A program made the position numbers and the translations under genes. A stretch of 64,000 bases of DNA from Anaerolineae bacterium. Lineage in GTDB: Bacteria > Chloroflexota > Anaerolineae > Anaerolineales > UBA4823. The notes beneath the pieces were generated by a model that saw only the letters and a list, made by a program, of their open reading frames with translations, had not been told where the DNA came from and searched no databases. Below are positions 45,033 to 54,339 of this stretch, one piece after another (position 1 is the stretch's first letter; each line of letters begins with the position of its first letter). The stretch lies in contig JBFYSP010000031.1 in assembly GCA_041301395.1 (NCBI GenBank), positions 19,315-83,314 on the forward strand, in the 5' to 3' direction.

Positions 45033-47876
45033 ATGCCCGCCGCTAAGATTCGCCTGACCGCCCGGGTCTACCTGCTCCTGGCGCTCCTCCAGGGCTTGCT
45101 GGTCCTGGGAGTGCTGCTGCGCCAGCGCTCCGAAAGCGAGCAGGCTGTCATGCTGGGCTTATCCGCCACCCGTATTACCCTGGCAGCGGCCCTGTTGGCC
45201 ATCGTCGTTAGCTGGGCGTTATTGCTGCTGCTTTCTTTTGTCAGGCCGGCCTGGTTCGATCAGGCGTCTTGGCGCTTATCAGCCTGGCTCAGCCGGCCCA
45301 AAGTTTGGGGCTGGGCTTTCGTTGTTTCCCTGGCCGGTTTCTTCAGCGGGCTGTACCTGCTGCTGCTCACCCCGGAAGTGAGCGAGCCCTTCACCCGGGC
45401 GATTTTCGACCGGCTTCTGCCGCTCCTTCTTTATCTAAGCGGCCTGTGTGCATTCAACCTGCTGGTGCTGGGCGCTTTGCGAGCTCCCACCCTGCGCCAG
45501 AATAAGAAACCGCTGGCCGGGTTCCTGGCCTTATACCTGCTGCTCGTCCTGCTGGCCTTGCTTCCCTGGCTGTGGCTGGCGGGGCAGGTTGCCACCCGGC
45601 CGGAACGCCTGGTTGGTCTGAACGCGCTGGGCGTTCCGGTGCTGGAAACCCAGGTGCTCCTGGGCCTGCTGCTGGCCTTGACGATCTCTGGAGTATTTCT
45701 CTGGCGCCTGCCTTTCACCGGCGGATGGCGCCTGGCGGATCGCCTCTCCCCCCGGGCGATCGATGCCGTTCTCGCTCTGGCACTCTGGCTGCTGGCGGTC
45801 GTTCTGTGGAGCAGCATCCCGATTACCCCCAACTGGTTCGTCTCCGAGCCTCGCCCGCCAAACTTCGAGCCCTACCCCAACTCGGATGCCCTGGGCTATG
45901 ACCTTGCCTCCCAGATTATGCTGGTGGGAGAAGGCTATCATTTCGTTAACAACCTGCTCAGCCACCGGCCCATTCACACCCTGTACCTGACTCTGCTGCA
46001 TGCAGCTGCCGGGCAGGAGTATAACCGCCTGGTGTTCTTCCAGATTGTCCTGCTGGCCTTATTCCCGGTGCTGGTTTACCTGCTGGGGCGCAAGCTGACC
46101 AACCGCCTGGCCGGGCTGCTGGCTGGGTTGTTGATTATCCTGCGCGAAGCCAATTCCGTTGCCGGAGCCGGTGTGATCACCAGCTCGCATGTTAAATCCT
46201 TGATGGTTGACTTGCCGGGCGCGCTCGGGGTCGCCCTGCTGCTCTTGCTCCTGGCTCGCTGGCTGGAAAATCCCCGCCAGCGGCTGCTCGACCTGCTCCT
46301 GGCGGGCGGGGTGTGGGGGATGCTGATCCTGCTGCGCCAGGAATTCGCCGGGCTGGCGCTCACCATCCTGCTGGCTTTGCTGGTTGCCTATTGGAAGCTG
46401 CCCCGCTGGCTGCTGAAAGGCGGGCTGATCTTCACCCTGGGCGCCTTGCTGGTGCTCTCGCCCTGGTTGTATCGCAATACTCGCATGGTCGGTCTGAGCC
46501 TGGAAGAGATCGTTCGCTACCAGGTTGGCTTTCTGCGCTGGCGTTATTCGGCCAACACTGCCAGCGCCACAGAGTTTGAAGCCTTTGTTCGCAGCCAGCC
46601 GACCCCCACACCCACCCCGCTGGTGCCCGCCCTGGGCGAGCCTTTCCCACGCCAGATTTTCGTCCCGCCAACCGCCACGCCGCTGCCTGCCGGCCCGACC
46701 CCCAGGGTGCAAGCCACTGCCACTACGCCGCCAACCCAGGCCACCCCCACGACCCAGCCGGTCACAGAGAGCGGCAGCGAAACCTCTCCAGGCGGCCCGA
46801 CTCGCCTGCCCTTCAGCGATAGGCTGGGGACTTTCGTCGAGACCGGCTTGTTGCATACCGTCAACAGCCAGGACCAGCTGCTCTTTTACCTGCCGGGGAG
46901 CCTGCGCCTCTTTGACAGCCTGACCGGCTTTTTGGGGCACCGCGATGCGCTCAAGCTGTGGGAAGAATGCTGCTCCCTGGAAAGCTACCTGCGCCGCCTG
47001 CCATTCTGGCACAAGTGGGAGGGCAGCATCCCATCCCAGAGCCTGCTGCTGCTGCTGGCAAACCTGTTCCTGCTGGCGCTGGGTCTGTCCGCTGTCTGGA
47101 AGGGAGGCCGGCGCCTGGCCGGCTTGCTCCCGCTGGTGGCGGCGGGTAACTACATCCTGGTCAATGCCGCCGTCCAGAATTCCGGCGGGCGCTACATCCT
47201 GCCCGTGGATTGGGTCAGCCTGTTGTATTATTCCGCCGGCCTGGCAGCCGTAAGCTGGTGGCTCATCGGCATCCTGAGGGGAAAAGCTGTTTCCATCGCC
47301 GCTTCGCAGCCGGGTGAAAGTTCTTTCCAGTCGCTCTTTATCAGCGAGACTCCACTCGCTGTGGAACCTGCCCCTCGTCAGCGATTCTCGCTGCGCAACC
47401 CCTGGCTGGTTGGCACACTGATCGGTATGTTGCTGGTGGGTTGCGCCTTGCCACTCTTGGAAAGCGCCATTCCCAAAACCTACCCCCCTACGGTGCAGGC
47501 CGCCATGCTTGAAGGGCTGCTGGCCTCAGACCGGCTTACCCCCAGCGAGCGCGGCCACCTGGATGACCTGCTGGCTGAACCGGGTTCGGCGGTCTATGCC
47601 GGGCGGGCGCTCTACCCGCGCTTTTTTAAGGCTGAGCAGGGTGAGGTGGGCTCGCGCAACCCGCTTGGCCCCCGCCCCTATGCCCGCCTGGGTTTCTACC
47701 TGGCCGGACCGGACAGCCAGGCTGTGATCATGCCGCTGGAAGATGCTCCCGGCTGGCTGCCCCACACCACCGATGTGCTGGTGATTGCCGGCGCGGACCG
47801 CCGCGCCGCCGCAATTGCCATTTTCGACGCAGACCTCCAGCCGGTGCAACTGCTGCTCGGCAAAGAGAATCCGTAG
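45033..47876 (+). CDS. Giant polytopic membrane protein, GT-C-like glycosyltransferase, copy 2
   Basis: 947 aa, colinear paralogue of 42111-44942 along its full length. Internal Pro/Thr-rich linker (QPTPTPTPLVP...TATTPPTQATPTTQP). Confidence 0.5.
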   Translation: MPAAKIRLTARVYLLLALLQGLLVLGVLLRQRSESEQAVMLGLSATRITLAAALLAIVVSWALLLLLSFVRPAWFDQASWRLSAWLSRPKVWGWAFVVSLAGFFSGLYLLLLTPEVSEPFTRAIFDRLLPLLLYLSGLCAFNLLVLGALRAPTLRQNKKPLAGFLALYLLLVLLALLPWLWLAGQVATRPERLVGLNALGVPVLETQVLLGLLLALTISGVFLWRLPFTGGWRLADRLSPRAIDAVLALALWLLAVVLWSSIPITPNWFVSEPRPPNFEPYPNSDALGYDLASQIMLVGEGYHFVNNLLSHRPIHTLYLTLLHAAAGQEYNRLVFFQIVLLALFPVLVYLLGRKLTNRLAGLLAGLLIILREANSVAGAGVITSSHVKSLMVDLPGALGVALLLLLLARWLENPRQRLLDLLLAGGVWGMLILLRQEFAGLALTILLALLVAYWKLPRWLLKGGLIFTLGALLVLSPWLYRNTRMVGLSLEEIVRYQVGFLRWRYSANTASATEFEAFVRSQPTPTPTPLVPALGEPFPRQIFVPPTATPLPAGPTPRVQATATTPPTQATPTTQPVTESGSETSPGGPTRLPFSDRLGTFVETGLLHTVNSQDQLLFYLPGSLRLFDSLTGFLGHRDALKLWEECCSLESYLRRLPFWHKWEGSIPSQSLLLLLANLFLLALGLSAVWKGGRRLAGLLPLVAAGNYILVNAAVQNSGGRYILPVDWVSLLYYSAGLAAVSWWLIGILRGKAVSIAASQPGESSFQSLFISETPLAVEPAPRQRFSLRNPWLVGTLIGMLLVGCALPLLESAIPKTYPPTVQAAMLEGLLASDRLTPSERGHLDDLLAEPGSAVYAGRALYPRFFKAEQGEVGSRNPLGPRPYARLGFYLAGPDSQAVIMPLEDAPGWLPHTTDVLVIAGADRRAAAIAIFDADLQPVQLLLGKENP

Positions 47877-47888
47877 GAATAAAAAAAC

Positions 47889-49988
47889 TTGCCTGACACC
47901 GCATCTGGAAAATCGCGTTCTTCTTTGCGTCTGGTGCAGGCGGCTTGCATCCTGCTCTTTGCCGTTCCGGCATTGTACTGGCTGCTGCAGACGCTGGGAG
48001 TCCCGCTCCCTTATGTGTCGCTCACCCGGCTTCACTTCTTCATCCTGCTGGCCGGCGAGCTGCTGATCGGGGTGTTGGTCTTCCCCCGCTATGCCCGCGG
48101 CCCCTGGAATGCCCGCCAGGTGGGCCTTCTGGGGCGCGATTTCCTGGCGGCCAACGCCGTCTTTTTGTTCCCCTTCGTTAAGTTTTATTCCAACCCGCTG
48201 CGGCAAGAAATCTTGCTCATCCAGCAGGCACGGCCGTACCTGCTGGCGTTCTACCTTGGGTTGTTGCTGGTGATCGTGGGGCTATTATTTGCCCTGGGAG
48301 ACCTGCGGCGCCTCTCTGCCTGGATCACCGGCCGCATTGATGCGCAGCGCTCGCGGGATGACGATGCTGAAGCCGCCCGACGGGCGCGATTTGACAAAAA
48401 ATACCCGCGCCTGGCACACCTGCCGTTGCTGGGTGGCCTCGGCCGGGGCGTGTACCGGGAGGGCGCGGGTACTCTCCTGGCTTTTCTGGCGATTGCCGCC
48501 CTGGGCCTGGCTCTGCGCCTGTGGAAGCTGGGCGCGCTGCCGCCCTATATCGATGAGTTTAACCATCTGAATGCCGCCCGCGACCTGCTCCAGGGGCTGC
48601 CGCTTGCCGAGCTGGCTTATCGCCGCAGCCTGTACCCTGTCACGCTGCCGGCCTGGCTGTCGTTCGAGGTGCTAGGCCAGAGCCTGTTTGCCGCCCGGTT
48701 GCCGGGTGTGCTGGCTAACATCCTGGCGCTGGTTCCACTCTACCTGCTGGCAAGACGGGTCAACAAGCCGACTGCCTTGCTGGCGGCTGCTTTGTTCAGC
48801 TTCAGTCCCTGGGTGATTGCCGCCTCACGTAACCTGCGCGAGTATGCCTGTTATCCACTGATCTTTTATACCGTTGGCCTGGTAATGGTGAAGCTCTACG
48901 AAAGTCTGCCGGATCGCATTGATTTCCGGCGTGACTTCCGTTTGCTCTTCTCCTGGCACAACCTGGCCTACCTGGGGCTGCTGATCTTCGTGCTGGTTTA
49001 CGCCATCTATATCGACCCGTATTCCACCCTGAAAATGATCCTGATCTTGTACCTGGCCTTTGGCCTGCTGCTGGTTAGGAAGATCGATTTTCACCAGCCG
49101 GCTAACTTGGCCTTCGGTGCTGTCGTCCTGGGGGCGTTCGCCCTGCTGACCCTGGTGATCGTGCAGTTCACCGGGTCGCATTATTTCCTGGCAAATTTTG
49201 CCGGGCGTGAATATGCCTTTTTCCCTTCCCTGTTTTTCGAGAAGCCTGCCCAGCAGTGGTATTTCAATCGCCCGCTGATCTCGCTGGCGATCTTTGCCCT
49301 GGCACTGCTGGCCACGCCGCTGCTCGACCGGCGCAAGATCGTCCTGCCGTTATCGCTGCTCACTTTTCTGGGCGGCCTGTTCACCATCACCTTCCTGTTC
49401 CTCAAGGGCGACCGGCCGCGCTACGCCATGAACATCGAGATCTGGTTTATCCTGCTGATAGCCGCCGGGCTGTTTGCTGCCCTGGCGTTGGCTGATGAAC
49501 TGGTTGGCCGGCGCTTTTATGGCCTGCCGATCTTTGGCACGATATACCGCTGGGTCGCCTTTGCTGTAATCTTGCTGCTGTTCTGGAACCTGCCCCAGAC
49601 CCTTCCGGCCAGTGTGCATACCCTGCCCGGCTGGCACCCGGTCACCCAGGAATACCATGCCGATCTGGCCCCGGCCTTGACCTATTTCTCGGTGCACGCC
49701 TCTCCGCAGGATGCCATCATCACGACGGATTACGTCAACCCGTACCAGCAGTACTTTTTCCCTGGCCTGTTTTCGGGCCATCCACGCTTCCGCTACAACC
49801 CAATCGATCCCGAAGCTGTCGCTAAAATCTACGCAGCCATCGGCGCCCACCCCAGCGGCTGGATTATTTTCGACTACCCGCGCGGCTACGATTGGTCGCG
49901 GCCGCTCGCACTGCGCGGTTTTGAGCATAACGGCAAGCCGGTGAAGTACCTGGGCTGGTTTGGCGACGCGTATGTATTTCGCTGGTAA
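47889..49988 (+). CDS. GT-C glycosyltransferase (ArnT/PMT_2, GT39/GT83-like)
   Basis: 699 aa. LALRLWKLGALPPYIDEFNHLNAARDLL...SLYPVTLPAWL...ARLPGVLANILALVPLYLLARRV...AAALFSFSPW is the classic ArnT/PMT_2 N-terminal pattern. TTG start 12 nt after copy 2. Confidence 0.6.
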   Translation: MPDTASGKSRSSLRLVQAACILLFAVPALYWLLQTLGVPLPYVSLTRLHFFILLAGELLIGVLVFPRYARGPWNARQVGLLGRDFLAANAVFLFPFVKFYSNPLRQEILLIQQARPYLLAFYLGLLLVIVGLLFALGDLRRLSAWITGRIDAQRSRDDDAEAARRARFDKKYPRLAHLPLLGGLGRGVYREGAGTLLAFLAIAALGLALRLWKLGALPPYIDEFNHLNAARDLLQGLPLAELAYRRSLYPVTLPAWLSFEVLGQSLFAARLPGVLANILALVPLYLLARRVNKPTALLAAALFSFSPWVIAASRNLREYACYPLIFYTVGLVMVKLYESLPDRIDFRRDFRLLFSWHNLAYLGLLIFVLVYAIYIDPYSTLKMILILYLAFGLLLVRKIDFHQPANLAFGAVVLGAFALLTLVIVQFTGSHYFLANFAGREYAFFPSLFFEKPAQQWYFNRPLISLAIFALALLATPLLDRRKIVLPLSLLTFLGGLFTITFLFLKGDRPRYAMNIEIWFILLIAAGLFAALALADELVGRRFYGLPIFGTIYRWVAFAVILLLFWNLPQTLPASVHTLPGWHPVTQEYHADLAPALTYFSVHASPQDAIITTDYVNPYQQYFFPGLFSGHPRFRYNPIDPEAVAKIYAAIGAHPSGWIIFDYPRGYDWSRPLALRGFEHNGKPVKYLGWFGDAYVFRW

Positions 49989-49990
49989 AT

Positions 49991-50971
49991 TTACCCCCAC
50001 AACTGCTCAAGAAACTTGAGCTTCTCCACATTCTGGAAGCTCTCCCCGCCCTCGTGCTGATTGTAAGGCCATACCCGGATTTGTTTGGGGCCGGCGTAGT
50101 GGTTGTAGGCCGCGAACACGGTCGAGGGCGGGCAGGTATCGTCCATCAGGGCTACAGAGAAGAGTGCCGGGCAGGCGGCACGGGCGGCAAAATTCATCCC
50201 GTCAAAGTATGCCAGCGTGGCGAATACTGTCTCCACCTGGTCGCGCTGCACCTTGCAGTAATTGGCGATCTCCCGGTAGGGGTAGGTATCGACAATCTCG
50301 CTGGCGCGCCGATAATGGCACAGAAAGGGCACATCCGCCAGGCAGGCCGCCAGGTCTGTTAAGAGGCCCGCCGTAGCCAGGGCGATCCCGCCGCCCTGGC
50401 TGCCCCCGGTCACGGCCAGGCGCTGCGGATCGACCGCCGGGTGCGAGCGGGCGGCCTCCACGGCGCGCACCGCATCCGTGAAAACCCGCCGGTAGTAGTA
50501 GGTCTGCGGTTTGAGCACGCCACGCGTCATAAAGCCCGGATAGTGCGGGTTGGCGCCCTCCGCTTCGGGGTCGGGCGTGTCGCCCTTACGCCAGGCACTG
50601 CCCTGGCCGCGCGTGTCCATTACCAGGTGAGCGTAGCCGGCATTACTCCACAGCAGCCAGTCCAGCGGCAGCCCACGCCCGCCGCCGTACCCGATGAACT
50701 CCACCACGCAGGGCAGCTGTTCCGGCTGGCTGCCGCCCAGGCGCGGCAGCAGCAGCCAGCCTTTAATCGGCTGCCCGCCGTAACCGTTGAAGGTCAGGTC
50801 GAAAACTTTCACCAACCGCAGGCCGCTTTCTATCGGCTCGAAGCGGGCTTGCAGAGGATGGCGGCGCGCCTCGGCCAGCGTTGACGCCCAGAACTCCGCA
50901 AAATCCTGCGGCTCGTCGCGTGGCGGCAGGTAAGTTTGTAGTTGCTCGATGGGTAGATCAAAAAGCGCCAT
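49991..50971 (-). CDS. CE7 acetyl xylan esterase/cephalosporin-C deacetylase
   Basis: N-terminal [13 protein letters not shown]...DFAEFW, nucleophile elbow [12 protein letters not shown] and C-terminal HEGG pattern, all typical of the AXE1/CE7 family. Confidence 0.8.
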   Translation of the reverse strand: MALFDLPIEQLQTYLPPRDEPQDFAEFWASTLAEARRHPLQARFEPIESGLRLVKVFDLTFNGYGGQPIKGWLLLPRLGGSQPEQLPCVVEFIGYGGGRGLPLDWLLWSNAGYAHLVMDTRGQGSAWRKGDTPDPEAEGANPHYPGFMTRGVLKPQTYYYRRVFTDAVRAVEAARSHPAVDPQRLAVTGGSQGGGIALATAGLLTDLAACLADVPFLCHYRRASEIVDTYPYREIANYCKVQRDQVETVFATLAYFDGMNFAARAACPALFSVALMDDTCPPSTVFAAYNHYAGPKQIRVWPYNQHEGGESFQNVEKLKFLEQLWG

Positions 50972-50983
50972 AGCTTATTCCTC

Positions 50984-53116
50984 TCAGATCAGGTCAAAGA
51001 TAGCCCATTCGCCGAGCGGCGCCCCCAGCTTCTCCCCGCGCTCTCCCGGTGAGCAGCTGCCCACCGCCAGCCGGAATTGCCCCGCCTCCAGCACAGACTC
51101 CCCGGCTTCGTTCACCAGCGCCATCATCTCCGGTGTGATGGTGAAGGTGATGCGCCGCCGCTCCCCGGGCCCAAGGCGCACTCGCTGGAAGCCTACCAGC
51201 TTGTGGAGCGGCACAGGAACACTGGCCTGCAGGTCGCTCATGTAGAACTGCACCACTTCCTCCGCTTCCCGGCGGCCGGCATTGAGCAGGGTCACTTCGG
51301 CGGTCAGCGCCTCGCCTGCCCGGAGGCTCATTTTCTCAAGCGTGAGGTCGAGATAGGCAAATTGCGCATACCCCAGCCCGAATCCGAACGGGTACTGCGG
51401 CTCACCCGTCATATAGCGGTAGGTGCGGCCCGTCATGCCGTAATCATCGAAGGGCGGCAGCACTTCGGCCTGACCCGAGAAGGTGATCGGCAGCCTGCCG
51501 GAGGGCGACTCATCCCCAAACAGCAGGCTTGCTGCTGCCAGGCCGCCTTCCTGCCCGGGATACCAGGCGAACAGGATTGCATCCGCCAGCCCTTCGACCG
51601 CCCCCAGGTCGATCGGGCTGCCGCCGGTCAGCACCAACACGATCGGCTTTCTTGCCTCGGCCAGTTGCTTCAGGAAGATTACCTGGTTGGCAGGCAGTCC
51701 CAGGTCCAGCCGGTCGCCGGCTCCCCCGGATAAAATCGCCTCACCCTCCTCGCCTTCCAGCGCCGGCGCCAGCCCCATACATGCGATCACCAGGTCGCTG
51801 TCGTAAGCCTCGCCCACCGCCCAGTTGATCGGGTTCAGGTTCTCTCCAGTCAGTTGGCAGCCCTGGCGGTAGTTCACCTGCACCCCCTCCGGCGCCCGCC
51901 CGGAGATCCCCTCCAGCAGAGTAGTCAGGTGGTCGTTCATGCCATAATAGTTGCCCAGCAGGACGTCTACCGAGGCCGCGTTCGGCCCGGTGATTAGCAG
52001 GCGCCGGTACTTGCGCGTGTCGATAGGTAGCAAGCCGTTCTTATTCTTGAGCAGCACCATTGACTCGACCGCTGCCTGGTAGGCCAGCTGGCGATGTGCC
52101 GGTGAATTAACCACCTCCTGCGGAAGCGAGGCGTAAGGTACGCGCTCCTCTGGGTCGAACATACCCAGCTTAAAGCGCGTTGCCAGCGTGCGACCCAGCG
52201 CCCGGTCGAGGTCCGCTTCGCTTGCCAGCCCGCGCTGGATGGCCTTACCCAGCTGTTCGTAGCTCTTGCCGCAGCACAGATCGCAGCCCGCAAGCAGCGC
52301 CAGGGCAGCCGCCTCGACCGGTGTGCGCACCCGGCGGTGCCCGGCATGGATATCGTCGATTGCCCCGCAGTCTGAGACCACATGCCCCTGGAAGCCCCAG
52401 TCTTCTCGCAGGGTTTTCTCCAGCAGGTACTCATGGGCGCAGCACGGCTCGCCGTTCACCCGGTTGTAAGCACCCATTACCGCTTCGACCTTGCCTTCCT
52501 GCACCAGCTTTTTAAAGGCCGGCAGGTAGGTGTCGTGCAGTTCGCGCAGAGAGATGCGAGCGTCAAATGTATGGCGGTTCGCCTCCGGTCCACTATGCAC
52601 TGCGAAGTGCTTTGCGCAAGCCGCCGCTTTGAGATAGCGCGGATTGTCCCCCTGCAGACCGCGCACGTAGGCCACCCCCAGCTCGCCCGCCAGGTACGGA
52701 TCCTCCCCATAGGTCTCCTGCCCGCGGCCCCAGCGCGGGTCGCGGAAGATGTTGACATTGGGCGACCAGAAAGTCAGCCCCTGGTAGCGCTGCCCGCTGT
52801 TACCTGCCCGCTGCGCGGCGTGAAACTTGGCCCGCCCTTCATCGCCGGTTGCCGAGGCTATCGCCTGCACCAGCGCCGGGTCCCAAGTCGCCGCCAGGCC
52901 AATCGCTTGCGGATACACAGTCGCCCGCCCGTTGCGCGCCACACCGTGCAGCGCTTCGCTCCAATAATCGTACGCCGGGATGCCGAGCCGGGGGATGGCA
53001 GGGCAGGAGTTGCCCATCTGGCTCAGCTTTTCTTTCAGCGTCATGCGGTCCAGCAGGTCTCGCACCCGCTCCTCCACTGGCTGCTCTGGATCAAGGAAAA
53101 TCGGTTCGCCTGTCAT
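50984..53116 (-). CDS. GH3 beta-glucosidase/beta-xylosidase
   Basis: 710 aa: SEALHG, GRGQETYGEDPYL, KHFAVH, nucleophile region GHVVSDCGAI, C-terminal FN3-like domain. Confidence 0.85.
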   Translation of the reverse strand: MTGEPIFLDPEQPVEERVRDLLDRMTLKEKLSQMGNSCPAIPRLGIPAYDYWSEALHGVARNGRATVYPQAIGLAATWDPALVQAIASATGDEGRAKFHAAQRAGNSGQRYQGLTFWSPNVNIFRDPRWGRGQETYGEDPYLAGELGVAYVRGLQGDNPRYLKAAACAKHFAVHSGPEANRHTFDARISLRELHDTYLPAFKKLVQEGKVEAVMGAYNRVNGEPCCAHEYLLEKTLREDWGFQGHVVSDCGAIDDIHAGHRRVRTPVEAAALALLAGCDLCCGKSYEQLGKAIQRGLASEADLDRALGRTLATRFKLGMFDPEERVPYASLPQEVVNSPAHRQLAYQAAVESMVLLKNKNGLLPIDTRKYRRLLITGPNAASVDVLLGNYYGMNDHLTTLLEGISGRAPEGVQVNYRQGCQLTGENLNPINWAVGEAYDSDLVIACMGLAPALEGEEGEAILSGGAGDRLDLGLPANQVIFLKQLAEARKPIVLVLTGGSPIDLGAVEGLADAILFAWYPGQEGGLAAASLLFGDESPSGRLPITFSGQAEVLPPFDDYGMTGRTYRYMTGEPQYPFGFGLGYAQFAYLDLTLEKMSLRAGEALTAEVTLLNAGRREAEEVVQFYMSDLQASVPVPLHKLVGFQRVRLGPGERRRITFTITPEMMALVNEAGESVLEAGQFRLAVGSCSPGERGEKLGAPLGEWAIFDLI

Positions 53117-53151
53117 CGGAGGTTCCGCTCCTCTCGCACTGTTGCTTGATT

Positions 53152-53198
53152 AAAAAAAATACGTTCGGGGTTGTTCACGCGCTGACAAACCCCGAACG
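53152..53198 (-). terminator. Rho-independent terminator downstream of the DUF1269 gene
   Basis: On the minus strand, CGTTCGGGGTT (53198-53188) pairs with AACCCCGAACG (53172-53162). An 11-bp stem followed by T(A)TTTTTTTT. Confidence 0.7.
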
Positions 53199-53218
53199 GT
53201 ATCCACAGGCAGCTCTTT

Positions 53219-53710
53219 CTAGAACTTGCCTTCCATGGCCTTCCGCAGCGTCTTCTCGTCTTCGTCAGACAGCGAGGTCTGGTAAATCTTGCCTTTGAAC
53301 TCACTCAGTGCGGTGATCGCCGCATTCGGGTTATCCCGTACTATCAGGAACAAGGCTGACGAATTGGGCTCCAAAGCGGCTTCCACTTCTTTGATGAATT
53401 TCTTGTCGATGCCCAGGTTGGCCAGCGCGCCGATCCCCGCGCCCGCCAGCGCCCCCAGTACCAGCCCGCCGATCGGGAAGATGAGCGTGGTAACCAGCAG
53501 CCCAATCATGCCGCCGCTGATTGCGCCTACTTTGGTGCCCCGGTCCATCTGGTTTTGCACATGAATCTTGCCTTCCGCGTCTTTTACCACCACCGCCGAG
53601 TCATCCAGGCTCAGGCCGGCCTGCTTCTCCATGCTGGAGATTTGCTGCCGCACCTTGCCTGCTTCTTCAGCGCCATCAAATGTGACTACAATCCAGGTTG
53701 CCATGTTCAT
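53219..53710 (-). CDS. DUF1269 family membrane protein
   Basis: IVVTFDGAEEAGKV...SAVVVKDAEGKIHV, followed by a Gly-rich TM pair GAISGGMIGLLV...GALAGAGIGAL and FIKEV...SALFLIV. Confidence 0.6.
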   Translation of the reverse strand: MNMATWIVVTFDGAEEAGKVRQQISSMEKQAGLSLDDSAVVVKDAEGKIHVQNQMDRGTKVGAISGGMIGLLVTTLIFPIGGLVLGALAGAGIGALANLGIDKKFIKEVEAALEPNSSALFLIVRDNPNAAITALSEFKGKIYQTSLSDEDEKTLRKAMEGKF

Positions 53711-53817
53711 TTCTCCTTGCTTATGATTGGTTTTCGGATTTGTGGGTACGAGTTGTCAAAATTTTACCAAAGATTGTCTTTCTTTGATTATACTTCTAGT
53801 ATTGGAGGCCATCGCGG

Positions 53818-54285
53818 ATGAATAAATCGCTGCTGATCGAGCAAGTTGGGCTGACCCATGCGGCCTGGGAAGCTGCTGTCAGCCGGCTGGATGAGGCGCA
53901 AATCCTGGCGCCGGGGGTTGCCGGAGATTGGTCTGTCAAGGATATCATCGCCCACCTGGCCTGGCACGAGGGCGAGATGGTCAACCTGCTGCAAGCGCAT
54001 GCCCTGGCCGGATCCGAGATGTGGGGCTGGCCGCTGGACGAGCGCAATCATGCCATCTACCTGGCCAACCGCGAGCGCTCCCTGGCGGATATTCTTCAGC
54101 AGGAGCAACAGATTTACATCGAGCTGGCCTCCCTCCTGGAAGCCCTGGAAGAGGCAGACCTGCACGATCCAGGGCGCTTCGCTGGCATGCCGGACGACTG
54201 GCAGCCCTGGGAGCTGATCGCCGAAAACACCTGCGAGCATTTCCAGGACCACCTGCCGCAAGTCGTAGCGTTAGGTAATAGCTGA
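53818..54285 (+). CDS. DinB-like four-helix-bundle protein
   Basis: WSVKDIIAHLAWHEGEMVNLL and the C-terminal ENTCEHFQDH His pattern, typical of DinB_2/mycothiol-dependent enzyme-like bundles. Confidence 0.5.
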   Translation: MNKSLLIEQVGLTHAAWEAAVSRLDEAQILAPGVAGDWSVKDIIAHLAWHEGEMVNLLQAHALAGSEMWGWPLDERNHAIYLANRERSLADILQQEQQIYIELASLLEALEEADLHDPGRFAGMPDDWQPWELIAENTCEHFQDHLPQVVALGNS

Positions 54286-54339
54286 GACTGGCGCCGGGGC
54301 CCCGATTTCAAAGTAAATAATCACTGGAGGTAACAGGAT

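Larger units (their letters stand above)
42031..47876 (+). repeat. Tandem duplication of a ~2.92-kb unit (upstream region plus giant membrane protein gene)
   Basis: Start codons sit 2922 nt apart (42111/45033). Upstream CCTTATAAT boxes sit 2921 nt apart (42042/44963). A 60-nt stretch is identical at 59/60 positions (43395-43454 versus 46320-46379, offset 2925). Confidence 0.85.

Noticed and set aside
46059-48206. 317-aa (46059-47012) and 226-aa (47526-48206) minus-strand ORFs inside the GT-C genes
   Set aside because: They are antisense shadows of hydrophobic, Leu/Ala-rich coding sequence (Gln/Arg/Pro/Gly-rich translation). The plus-strand paralogue pair is conserved in frame, which supports the plus-strand reading.
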